Source: Gammaproteobacteria bacterium (GTDB taxonomy: Bacteria; Pseudomonadota; Gammaproteobacteria; GCA-001735895). Taken from it: a stretch of 41,877 nucleotides of DNA. Every line of letters starts with the position of its first letter. Position 1 is the stretch's first letter. The notes below the pieces were generated by a model, which worked only from the letters and a program-made list of their open reading frames with translations, did no database searches and had not been told where the DNA came from. The stretch lies in NCBI GenBank assembly GCA_047629275.1, contig JBLHWR010000003.1:1-41877 (forward strand). Reading direction: 5' to 3'. The position numbers were made by a program, and so were the translations under genes. Positions 20,815 to 29,242 of this stretch are shown here, piece after piece.

Positions 20815-21285
20815 CTATTCACGATGATATGGATGTCCTTGGAGCAGAGTCCAAGCCCGATAAAGCTGCTCAACTAGTACCACCCGTACTAAAGCATGTG
20901 GCATGGTCATCCTACCCAGCGCAATGGTTTGAGCACAAGCTGCACGACAGTCTTCGGCTAGCCCGTCTGGACCTCCAATGACTAAATTGACACGTGGATA
21001 CTCAAACATCCAATGTTCGAGTTGTTGCGACCATTCAATACTTGACCACTGCTTGCCATGCTCATCGAGTGCAATATTTAAACTACCAGGCACTAGCTTT
21101 TTTAATATTTGCTGCGACTCCTGTTGCTTAGGTCGCTTTGAGACGTCATTGTTCTTACGGTGCGCTAAAGGAATCGAGGTTATTTGAATAGGCAGTTCAC
21201 GTGGCATACGCTTAATATAATCGGCGCAAACTGTATCAACCCAGGCTGGCATCTTCTGGCCTACAGAGACAATTTGGATCTGCAT
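20815..21285 (-). CDS. rlmH: 23S rRNA m3Psi1915 methyltransferase
   Basis: VGQKMPAWV, IGGPDGL, T.PHALVRVVLVEQLYRAW...GHPYHRE. Confidence 0.96.
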   Translation of the reverse strand: MQIQIVSVGQKMPAWVDTVCADYIKRMPRELPIQITSIPLAHRKNNDVSKRPKQQESQQILKKLVPGSLNIALDEHGKQWSSIEWSQQLEHWMFEYPRVNLVIGGPDGLAEDCRAACAQTIALGRMTMPHALVRVVLVEQLYRAWTLLQGHPYHRE

Positions 21286-21335
21286 TTAATTATTAATCTG
21301 TTTTTTAGCCTACTGCTATCAGTTATAACTGAAGA

Positions 21336-21731
21336 CTAATCACCGATGTCTTCAGATAAGTCTAGATCAGCCATTTCTTCACCCCAAAGCTTTTCAAGCT
21401 CATAATATTCTCGTGTAGCGGGCAACATGACATGAACAACAACATCACCCAGATCGACTAGTACCCAGTCACCGACATCCAGACCTTCGACGCCCAATGC
21501 TGGCGAGTTTAGTTTTTTAGCCGCATCGATCACCGACCCAGCAATTGAACTAACGTGGCGACTTGAGGTGCCGCTGGCAAATACCATATAGTCAGTAAAA
21601 CTGGCATAAGAGCTCACGTCCAGCACAACAACATCATTGGCTTTTATTTCCTCTAATGCGGTTAATACCATTGCCTTTGCTTCTTTGGGTTGCATTGGCT
21701 TCTTGGTTGAACTGGGTGTTGAGTCGTTCAC
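21336..21731 (-). CDS. rsfS: Ribosome silencing factor
   Basis: TDYMVFASGTSSRHV, WVLVDLGDVVVHVM...REYYELEKLW. Start uncertain. Confidence 0.95.
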   Translation of the reverse strand: MNDSTPSSTKKPMQPKEAKAMVLTALEEIKANDVVVLDVSSYASFTDYMVFASGTSSRHVSSIAGSVIDAAKKLNSPALGVEGLDVGDWVLVDLGDVVVHVMLPATREYYELEKLWGEEMADLDLSEDIGD

Positions 21732-21732
21732 A

Positions 21733-22359
21733 TTATGTCTCGTAAAGATGATTATTAACTATATATTCAAGCACTGTTTTTGGCAGACATGAAATAACTG
21801 ATTCTGATGTTGGTACCGATACTGCCAATTGTTGCCGAATTTCGGTTGAAGAACAACTGCTTTGCTTAATTGCCAATGGTAATACATGGCCAAATTTTTC
21901 ACCCTGTAACCTGTCCACTGACTCTACCCAACATTCGTTAAAAATATTTCGATTTAACATGATTTCTGGCCGCTGACAAACAATCAGGTGAGCTAACTCC
22001 AAAATTTTGGTTGGCTGCTTCCAGCTCAATATGTCATTAAAAGTATCTGCTCCAAGCAGCAACCCAATAGATTCATTTGGATGTAGTTCACGCACTTCTC
22101 GCAAGGTATCAATCATAAATGATGCCCCACCTCGATCCAGCTCTAATGTATTGACAACAAATTGATCTTCATTAGCGATTGAAAGCTTGATCATATTGAG
22201 TCGATCATGGCTATTGACCTTTGGCGCACCTCGATGAACTGGATTAGCACAAGGTAAGAAGTGTACATGGTCTAAAGCTAGGCGATCTAACGCTTGTTTT
22301 GCCAGCTGAAGATGGCCATTGTGAATCGGATTAAAGGTACCACCAAAAATACCAATCAT
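21733..22359 (-). CDS. nadD: Nicotinate-nucleotide adenylyltransferase
   Basis: GIFGGTFNPIHNGH, LLGAD, SSTEIR. Confidence 0.95.
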   Translation of the reverse strand: MIGIFGGTFNPIHNGHLQLAKQALDRLALDHVHFLPCANPVHRGAPKVNSHDRLNMIKLSIANEDQFVVNTLELDRGGASFMIDTLREVRELHPNESIGLLLGADTFNDILSWKQPTKILELAHLIVCQRPEIMLNRNIFNECWVESVDRLQGEKFGHVLPLAIKQSSCSSTEIRQQLAVSVPTSESVISCLPKTVLEYIVNNHLYET

Positions 22360-22361
22360 AT

Positions 22362-23672
22362 TTAAGCCCGTATGTGACCATCTCCAAACACGATGTATTT
22401 TTGTGACGTCAAACCTTTCAATCCAACGGGGCCTCTGGCGTGAAGTTTATCGGTACTAATGCCAATTTCAGCACCAAGACCATATTCAAAACCATCTGCA
22501 AAAGCGGTAGATGCATTCACCATAACGGAGCTTGAGTCGACTCGACGTAGAAAAGACCTCGCCTTAGTATAATCTTCAGTAACGATGGCGTCCGTATGAT
22601 GAGACCCATGACGCTGAATATGTTCTATTGCCTCATCCATACCATGTACTATTTTAATCGATAATATAGGTGCAAGATACTCTGTATCCCAATCTTCATC
22701 GCTTGCGGCAGTCATTTTGTCAGGGCCTAATAAAATAGATCTATCGCAGCCTCTGAGCTGGACGCCTTTTCCAACATAGGCATCAATCAAGTCCGGCAGA
22801 ATACTGTCTGCGATCGACGCTGCGACTAAAAGCGTTTCCATCGCATTACAAACACCATAACGTCGTGTTTTAGCATTCAACGCAATATCAAAGGCCTTAG
22901 TTTTATCGGCTTTATCATCGATATAAACATGACAAATACCATCAAGATGCTTGATGACGGGAATCGAAGATTCACTCGATATACGTTGAATTAAAGATTT
23001 ACCACCGCGTGGAATAATAACATCGATTGATTCGCTCATGTTAAGCATGACACCAACAGCCGCTCGGTCAGCTGTATTAACAACCTGAACCGCATCTTCG
23101 CTGAGCCCCGCTTGCATCAAGCCCTTTTTGATACAGCTATAAATAGCTTGGTTTGAATTCAAGGCTTCTTTACCACCGCGAAGAATACAAGCATTACCCG
23201 ACTTGATACAAAGAGCAGCGGCATCGATGGTAACATTTGGCCTTGATTCGTAAATAATACCAATTACGCCCAATGGCACCCGCATCTTACCTATTTGAAC
23301 CCCACTAGGCCTAAATTCCATCTCAGTGATTTCTCCAACAGGGTCTTGCAGTGTTGCAACTTGTCGCAATCCTTCAATCATGGCATCGATCCTATCATCG
23401 CGGAGCAATAAACGATCAAGCATAGCAGCGTCCAGACCATCAGATTTTGCTTGGGTCATATCTTTCAGGTTAGCAGATTTGATCCTGTCACGTTGGTTGT
23501 CGATTACGTTGGCAATCTCATGCAATGAGTGATTTTTGATGTAAGGGCTAGCCTGAGCAAGCTCATCTGCAGCCATTCGAGCATTCGTGCCTAGTTGCTT
23601 CATGTATTGATTAACGTCAACACATTTAGAAGATTCAGGATGGGAAATAGGGTTATCTGGAGTAATGCTCAT
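22362..23672 (-). CDS. proA: Gamma-glutamyl phosphate reductase
   Basis: [52 protein letters not shown]. Confidence 0.96.
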   Translation of the reverse strand: MSITPDNPISHPESSKCVDVNQYMKQLGTNARMAADELAQASPYIKNHSLHEIANVIDNQRDRIKSANLKDMTQAKSDGLDAAMLDRLLLRDDRIDAMIEGLRQVATLQDPVGEITEMEFRPSGVQIGKMRVPLGVIGIIYESRPNVTIDAAALCIKSGNACILRGGKEALNSNQAIYSCIKKGLMQAGLSEDAVQVVNTADRAAVGVMLNMSESIDVIIPRGGKSLIQRISSESSIPVIKHLDGICHVYIDDKADKTKAFDIALNAKTRRYGVCNAMETLLVAASIADSILPDLIDAYVGKGVQLRGCDRSILLGPDKMTAASDEDWDTEYLAPILSIKIVHGMDEAIEHIQRHGSHHTDAIVTEDYTKARSFLRRVDSSSVMVNASTAFADGFEYGLGAEIGISTDKLHARGPVGLKGLTSQKYIVFGDGHIRA

Positions 23673-24704
23673 TTAAGATTCCTGCTCAAGCTGAGAGACC
23701 GACTTAAGGCCACAAAAACAACATACGATTGTTTTTAAAAGAAGCCAGTCACGATCGGGGAAATCATCCTCTTGCTGACCTTTATTGATGCGGTCTAATG
23801 TAGCACAGCTTTGCAATAAACGCTCAAGTTGATCAAACTTCAAACGCTTTAAAGCCGACTCAAAAAGACGTTGTTTCGAACTCCAAATACGCAATTCCTG
23901 CCAGACTTTAGGGCTCATTCGACCCATATTTTGTGCCTGCTGCAAGGCCATCAATTGTTCGACTGCGGATTGTAACGACCACCGTAGTTGCACTGTAAGT
24001 TGTCCCTCATCCTTCAGGCTATCTAAAATTTTAATAGCACGTTGTACTTTCCCATCTAGACAAGCATCGACCAATACAAAATTGTTGTATCGAGAGCTTT
24101 GTGCAACAGTTTGTTCGACTTCATCAAAAGACACCGAGTTTCGATCGCAAAATCGAAGTGATAGCTTATCTAACTCTTGGTCAGCTGCCAGTAGGTTACC
24201 CTCGGTGCATTCCGCTAAAAAAACGGCTGATTGGCGATCAATAATGAGAGACTTAGCCCCTGCTCTTTGAACGATCCAGTCAACCAGCTGATGATTTCCT
24301 GGCGTTTTAAGCTCACTGACCTCACCAACTTGCTGTATGCGCTTGAACCAACTCGAGTTCTTAGTTGGCCGATCTAGTGATGGTATGACAAAAATGAAAA
24401 CCATGTCCTCAGGTAGTTGATCGCATATTGCTTGAATTGCTTTACTGCCTTGCTGACCTGGCTTCCCACTATTGATCATAATCACACGGCACTTCTTCAC
24501 CGAAAAAAGTGACAAAAGATGCGACTCTTCAATTAGGCTATTCCAGTCAAAACCTGATTCCGTAGTAACGGTTTGAATGTCTTCAAAGTCGTTTTTTCGT
24601 AAAGCTAGACGTGCTTGATCAAGCCAATCACGCACAAGCAAAGGTTCATTGCTTGATAGCAAATAGAGAGTCGATGGAATTTTGCTAAGACTTGCCGGTA
24701 ACAT
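23673..24704 (-). CDS. holA: DNA polymerase III delta subunit
   Basis: YLL.S.EPLL, SLFS, EGNLLAA.QE.DKL, D...KG; synteny with leuS/lptE/nadD. Confidence 0.9.
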   Translation of the reverse strand: MLPASLSKIPSTLYLLSSNEPLLVRDWLDQARLALRKNDFEDIQTVTTESGFDWNSLIEESHLLSLFSVKKCRVIMINSGKPGQQGSKAIQAICDQLPEDMVFIFVIPSLDRPTKNSSWFKRIQQVGEVSELKTPGNHQLVDWIVQRAGAKSLIIDRQSAVFLAECTEGNLLAADQELDKLSLRFCDRNSVSFDEVEQTVAQSSRYNNFVLVDACLDGKVQRAIKILDSLKDEGQLTVQLRWSLQSAVEQLMALQQAQNMGRMSPKVWQELRIWSSKQRLFESALKRLKFDQLERLLQSCATLDRINKGQQEDDFPDRDWLLLKTIVCCFCGLKSVSQLEQES

Positions 24705-24928
24705 GGTGCTATTTTAAGCCGAATTAGGATCAAAGCGCATGCTATATAACAACACCCAACTCTTCAACCTAGAAACATCTAGAAATGCCAGTTTCCGGTG
24801 ATTAATCGTTATAGACACGATAATACCAGTACAATTTACAATTCAGCATTGTGACAGGAATATAGATAGACAAAGCCATCGCAGCACATTTGTCTAAAAG
24901 ACTGTAACACTCCCTTAAATGTAGGCAT

Positions 24929-24962
24929 AAAAAAACCCTCATGCCGGGCAGACATGAGGGTT
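24929..24962 (-). terminator. Rho-independent terminator
   Basis: AACCCUCAUGU-CUGCCCG-GCAUGAGGGUU followed by a U run (7 U in total). Confidence 0.9.
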
Positions 24963-25069
24963 AAGAGACTACTGTATTATTCCATCTAACTGCATCCTGC
25001 TAGGCATCCGGCTCATGATACATTTAAGTATCTAATCCATATTTCCTTTGCTCAAATCCATATGAACAT
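24929..25069 (-). ncRNA. CsrB/RsmX/Y/Z-like CsrA-sequestering small RNA (~140 nt)
   Basis: Six GGA motifs in 79 nt (AUGGA x3, AAGGA, CAGGAUG, CCGGAUG), several in small hairpin loops; perfect TATAAT at 25081-25076; strong terminator; no ORF in the track. Confidence 0.78.
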
Positions 25070-25124
25070 ATTAACATTATAGCGACAAAAAATCGAATGG
25101 CTATAGCCTCTAACTAACAGGAAA

Positions 25125-25164
25125 CGTAAGAAAAATCGCTTTGTAAAGCAGGATTTATCCTACG
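25125..25164. promoter_or_regulatory. Candidate tandem GacA/UvrY-type boxes (imperfect 40-bp palindrome)
   Basis: CGTAAGAAAAATCGCTTT-GT-AAAGCAGGATTTATCCTACG; half-sites resemble TGTAAG-N6-CTTACA; about -56 to -95 from the predicted sRNA start. Confidence 0.45.
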
Positions 25165-26376
25165 TTATATTTCTCTAAGCCCATCTGACGGCTCAATTTT
25201 GGCTGCTCGAAAACCTCCCAGAATAGCAGCTAGTATGGCTGTTACCATAGTTAGTCCTAACGCCCAGAAGAAATGCTCAGATAACAAAAAACATAAGGTT
25301 TGATCAAGATTCAATCTTGGCGCTAAAAAACGGTTGATCAACTGTTCGAATACAAGATAGATCAGTACTGCACATAACCATCCCAATAATCCAGTGAGAC
25401 AAGATTGCACAAGAGGAAACAACACAACCCGACTGCTCCTAAATCCGAGCAATCTGAGTATACTCAATTCTTTCTTTTTGCGATCTACATTTGCCCACAG
25501 GCTTGCCCCTAAAGAAAAGGCAAAACCAACGGCCCCAACACAGGCGATAATCCAGAAAATGACCGATAGGTTTTGATCGATCGATTGCACCGTATAAATC
25601 TCAGCCGTGTTGGCCTTGACTCGAATGCCTTGCTTTTCAAGATCAGTTACCAGATGATTAACATCATAAATTGATTTTGCATACAACCGAAAAGATGGAT
25701 ATTGACGCGCCTCAAATTTCTCTGTGTCGCCTAACCAGCCAAGTTCAGGAACTGCTCGTCCATCTTTAAATTGCTCCGTTGCAAGAAGCAGATCCAGATT
25801 AACGAAGGCAATATTGCGACTACTAACAGCTGCTTCAGCTATTTCGATTACTTTCAGTGTCAAATGAACCCGTTCACGTTTGCCTTCGAATTGCCTTGCC
25901 AAACTGGCATCAATTAATTGGCCCTTTTTTGCCTTTAGCTTTATCGATGCTTCTTTGCTTAGAATAACTTCAAAATAACCTTTAGGAACACTACTTAATT
26001 CTTTTAATAACGGGTCACCCAGCGCTGTTGCCATCATTTCTGTTGAAAGAATATGATTGGCAGTTTTGCTTTTTAGCTGAATGGTAGCAGCCAACGCACG
26101 AGTTTTAGGAATGATAAATTCCACTTCTGGACGTAATCTAAATTGTTCAACCCACTGTTCACTATAATGCCCGCTGCTGATGGGGCGGATCTCTCGATTG
26201 ACTGGATTATCTACCAACCCCGATATCATTGAACTGACGATTCCAAATTTTAATCCAAACAATATCATCATCGGTGCGAGCACGGATGCAAGTGCAAATA
26301 CAAAGCAACCCGACATACGCCATTCGTGGCTATAGTCGCGGAAACTCAATCGGAGAATGTTATTAAGTTGGCTCAT
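25165..26376 (-). CDS. TagS-like ABC transporter permease (FtsX/MacB/LolE type)
   Basis: DY..E....C...AL..VLAP...LFGLKFG...DNP.NREI, RLYA.SI.DV, ANVDRKKKELS.LRLLG, IEPSDGLREI; recalled similarity to P. aeruginosa TagS. Confidence 0.82.
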   Translation of the reverse strand: MSQLNNILRLSFRDYSHEWRMSGCFVFALASVLAPMMILFGLKFGIVSSMISGLVDNPVNREIRPISSGHYSEQWVEQFRLRPEVEFIIPKTRALAATIQLKSKTANHILSTEMMATALGDPLLKELSSVPKGYFEVILSKEASIKLKAKKGQLIDASLARQFEGKRERVHLTLKVIEIAEAAVSSRNIAFVNLDLLLATEQFKDGRAVPELGWLGDTEKFEARQYPSFRLYAKSIYDVNHLVTDLEKQGIRVKANTAEIYTVQSIDQNLSVIFWIIACVGAVGFAFSLGASLWANVDRKKKELSILRLLGFRSSRVVLFPLVQSCLTGLLGWLCAVLIYLVFEQLINRFLAPRLNLDQTLCFLLSEHFFWALGLTMVTAILAAILGGFRAAKIEPSDGLREI

Positions 26377-26406
26377 AGTGATTAATTCAAAGTCCTAAGT
26401 TGAGCT

Positions 26407-27132
26407 CTAGTCTCGAAAAAGTGATTGGTAAACGCGACCATTCTCTACTACTCCCGCTTCTTGATAAAGCGTGCGTAAATCCATTTTATAAACATGTGCC
26501 CAGTCATGACTTGAGGTGATAAGGGTTATTTTAAGCCCTTTGATTAGCTCCATTACCACCGCCATAATCTTACGCGCAGTGATCGGGTCTAAGGCAGCGG
26601 TTGGTTCGTCGGCGAGTAGTATCGATGGCCGATGTGACAATGCTCGTGCGAAAGCGACTCTTTGCCTTTCACCGGCAGATAACAACCCTGGCAACTTATC
26701 GAGTTGGCGCTGGATACCCAGCACTTTTGAAATTGAATTAATCGAATCATCATCCGCTAGTTTCAACAGCCGGCGAGGCAGCTCGATGTTTTCACGCACG
26801 GTGAGATAAGGCAATAAACCGCCCGATTGCATTACGTACCCAATATTAAGACGTCGAATTTCGGAGAGTTGATCACGCTTTTTCTTTTGCCAAAGTTGGT
26901 CGATACTGTTTGTCTCTCCATCATTAGTTACAAGACTAAATTGTTTAGCATGATCAGGATGCAGTATCAGTGCAAGCATATCAAGCAGTGTGCTCTTACC
27001 ACAGCCACTGTGCCCTATGAGGGCTATGTTTTCACCTTTAGATATCTCTAGGTTTGGAACGAGTAATCGAAAACCAGCGTTCTCGATCATGCGTTCTTTT
27101 ACGACGTTTTTCAGACTATAGATGATTGACAC
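26407..27132 (-). CDS. TagT-like ABC transporter ATPase (LolD-like)
   Basis: Walker A GHSGCGKST, Q.GGLLPYLTVRENI, LSAGERQR, LADEPTAALDP, SHDW. Confidence 0.86.
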   Translation of the reverse strand: MSIIYSLKNVVKERMIENAGFRLLVPNLEISKGENIALIGHSGCGKSTLLDMLALILHPDHAKQFSLVTNDGETNSIDQLWQKKKRDQLSEIRRLNIGYVMQSGGLLPYLTVRENIELPRRLLKLADDDSINSISKVLGIQRQLDKLPGLLSAGERQRVAFARALSHRPSILLADEPTAALDPITARKIMAVVMELIKGLKITLITSSHDWAHVYKMDLRTLYQEAGVVENGRVYQSLFRD

Positions 27133-27197
27133 TTTGAATTAAAACTCGTTAGGTATTGTTTCTTAGTATGAAAGTTATTATGAAAGGCAATGAGAAA

Positions 27198-27232
27198 TAA
27201 AGAACATGGTGCTCATTACGACATGTTCTTTA
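27198..27232 (-). terminator. Intra-operon hairpin after the vWA gene
   Basis: TAAAGAACATG-N13-CATGTTCTTTA perfect 11-bp arms followed by TTTCT on the minus strand. Confidence 0.5.
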
Positions 27233-27254
27233 AGACATTTTTTTTGACAAAATA

Positions 27255-29216
27255 TCAAGGTAAAAGATCGAGCGACACTGGAAAGACAGAGTTTCCATTA
27301 ACAGGCCCTCCACCAGGTGTCACCCAAAGATCAGTATGGTCGTGCAATGCCTGATAGTAAGTGATTTTACTTTCCAATCGGTGCATAAATTCTATTTGCA
27401 CTTTGGCTGACCATGCTTCCCAACTTTCCAGCGTAAGGTTCATCACTTCACCGGTGTAAGGTAAGTCTTCAATATATTCACGCATATAACCCATATCAGC
27501 CAAATTCGCACCTGAACCCGATGTACTGCTAGCAACAGCTGATGGATCGAGGCTAACTGTCGCCGCTAAACTCTTTAAGTCTTCTATAAAGCTTTTAGGG
27601 CTAAGGACCCCCTCTTCGGCTAACTCTAAAACCTGCTGCATGACACTTTTTAAATCACTCAATTGATCTCTAGTAAGTAGCACACGAACATCGACTGTAG
27701 AACGCTCAGGATTTTCAAAATCTTTATCAATCATCCACGCATTAAATACCGTAGGCAATGGTTTACCTGATTCTTTTTGTAGATAACGCATGCGCAAGGC
27801 ATTGCCTAACTTTGCAACACGGTTTTGCAATTGGGATAGCTGAGAGGGTGTTTCATCAGCGTTAGCGTTAGCTTCAGTTTCATCATGCAACGGAAATGGT
27901 GGTACACCATTGGTCGTGGCAAGCACTTGTTGTGTTAGTTGATTGGCTAGCAACTCTAATACGGTGCCAAATTCATCCACTTCTGCGAGCCTAACGCCAT
28001 AATAAAAGTCACCGATACCAGGATAATAAGAAAGCTCTTTATAAAGTCTTTCTGTCTTTTCATGGTTTGCGACCGAAGACTGAGCACGCAAATGTAAAAC
28101 CCAAATCGAAACACCCTTGTCATAAGCCAACTGCCTTAAAGCTTGCGCGCTAAGACGGGTAGAGCCCAAAGAATCATGACTTTCTCGTGGCCCTGCATCA
28201 GTAATTAATATCACGTAACGGGCATCAAATTCATTCCAGTCAGTGCTTTCGATGGCTGACTTTATTCCTGCATAGGCGTCTTCTCTAAAGTCTCGGCTAG
28301 ACACCTCAGATGGACTAAGTTCATTGACATGGTTAAAGAATTGTTTAACGTCAGTACCTTGTTTAAGACTGACATAAGGCCGAACCAAATATTTTAATTC
28401 CGGTACCTGATCGATATTGTCTCGATAGGCCGTTAAACCAAAGCTCACTTGGTTGTTTAAGCCTTGCTTCTCTATTGCTGAATAAACTTTGGCAACCGCC
28501 TCACGAGTACGATCAATGTAAGGTCCCATCGACGCCGTGGAGTCAATCACAAAATGAATGCCGCTTCTATAACTTCGAGATTTCTGGCTAACTGCGATAG
28601 AATTCGCACGACTAGCCTCATCTTGCAGCGGTACACTGGCTATCTCGAGTAATCTGGCCTGCTCGTTTCCTAGATAAACATCTTCATGCTGCTTGATTGG
28701 CACAAGATAAAAATCTTGCAGGATGTCTATGTGCGCTTCTGGTTGAATGGCAATTACGGGGAAATCATCACCCACATCACCTTTAACTGCTGAATTATAG
28801 AGCGCCTGATAGGCCTCTTTATCGTAATCATTAACCAGCCGTTGTAAATTCTCTTTTTTATCAAACAGCATCACCCGTTGAGTATCCTGTGGGTCTTTAA
28901 ATGATACAGTCAACGCCTGATTCCAGATTATGGTTTTTGTCTGCTTAACCCAACCAGCCGTATCTCCAAAATTGCCATGACCTACCTTGATCCAGCCCTG
29001 TTTTTTTTGATAAACATAAAGAACACTAAATGGCACAATTTCGCTGGATGGCGCTGATTGCTCTGGTGACTCGTAAAGTCGAGCATCAGGCGTGCTAAGC
29101 ACTCGTTGATAGAGAGTTTTTTTGCCCTCCATTAGTAAAGGCAGTTCATTAGCCAGTGCAATATTGGTATGAAGAGAAACTAGTCCGACGAACAAAATTT
29201 TTATTAAATTTCTCAT
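27255..29216 (-). CDS. Secreted vWA-domain protein homologous to the periplasmic region of PpkA, without kinase domain
   Basis: Signal peptide ending IALA; PLLMEGKKTLYQRVLS, PFSVLYVYQ, MIDAS-like FVIDSTASMGPYI, AYRD, LITDAG, VLLTRDQLSDL, EY.EDLPY, V.LD.LP. Confidence 0.85.
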   Translation of the reverse strand: MRNLIKILFVGLVSLHTNIALANELPLLMEGKKTLYQRVLSTPDARLYESPEQSAPSSEIVPFSVLYVYQKKQGWIKVGHGNFGDTAGWVKQTKTIIWNQALTVSFKDPQDTQRVMLFDKKENLQRLVNDYDKEAYQALYNSAVKGDVGDDFPVIAIQPEAHIDILQDFYLVPIKQHEDVYLGNEQARLLEIASVPLQDEASRANSIAVSQKSRSYRSGIHFVIDSTASMGPYIDRTREAVAKVYSAIEKQGLNNQVSFGLTAYRDNIDQVPELKYLVRPYVSLKQGTDVKQFFNHVNELSPSEVSSRDFREDAYAGIKSAIESTDWNEFDARYVILITDAGPRESHDSLGSTRLSAQALRQLAYDKGVSIWVLHLRAQSSVANHEKTERLYKELSYYPGIGDFYYGVRLAEVDEFGTVLELLANQLTQQVLATTNGVPPFPLHDETEANANADETPSQLSQLQNRVAKLGNALRMRYLQKESGKPLPTVFNAWMIDKDFENPERSTVDVRVLLTRDQLSDLKSVMQQVLELAEEGVLSPKSFIEDLKSLAATVSLDPSAVASSTSGSGANLADMGYMREYIEDLPYTGEVMNLTLESWEAWSAKVQIEFMHRLESKITYYQALHDHTDLWVTPGGGPVNGNSVFPVSLDLLP

Positions 29217-29242
29217 TAAATCACCTTAATATCTGATGGCTA

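Noticed and set aside
19965-21285. Absence of mreBCD before maf and of mrdA after rlmH
   Set aside because: rlmH-maf-rng is a known alternative gene order, and absence from one window says nothing about the genome.
22362-23672. proA without proB, between holA and nadD
   Set aside because: proA-nadD-rsfS-rlmH linkage is common in non-enteric proteobacteria.
26407-27132. lolD/lolCE call for the ABC pair, given nearby lnt
   Set aside because: The permease motifs (LFGLKFG, NREI, ANVDRK) and the linked vWA gene fit TagS/TagT better than LolCDE.
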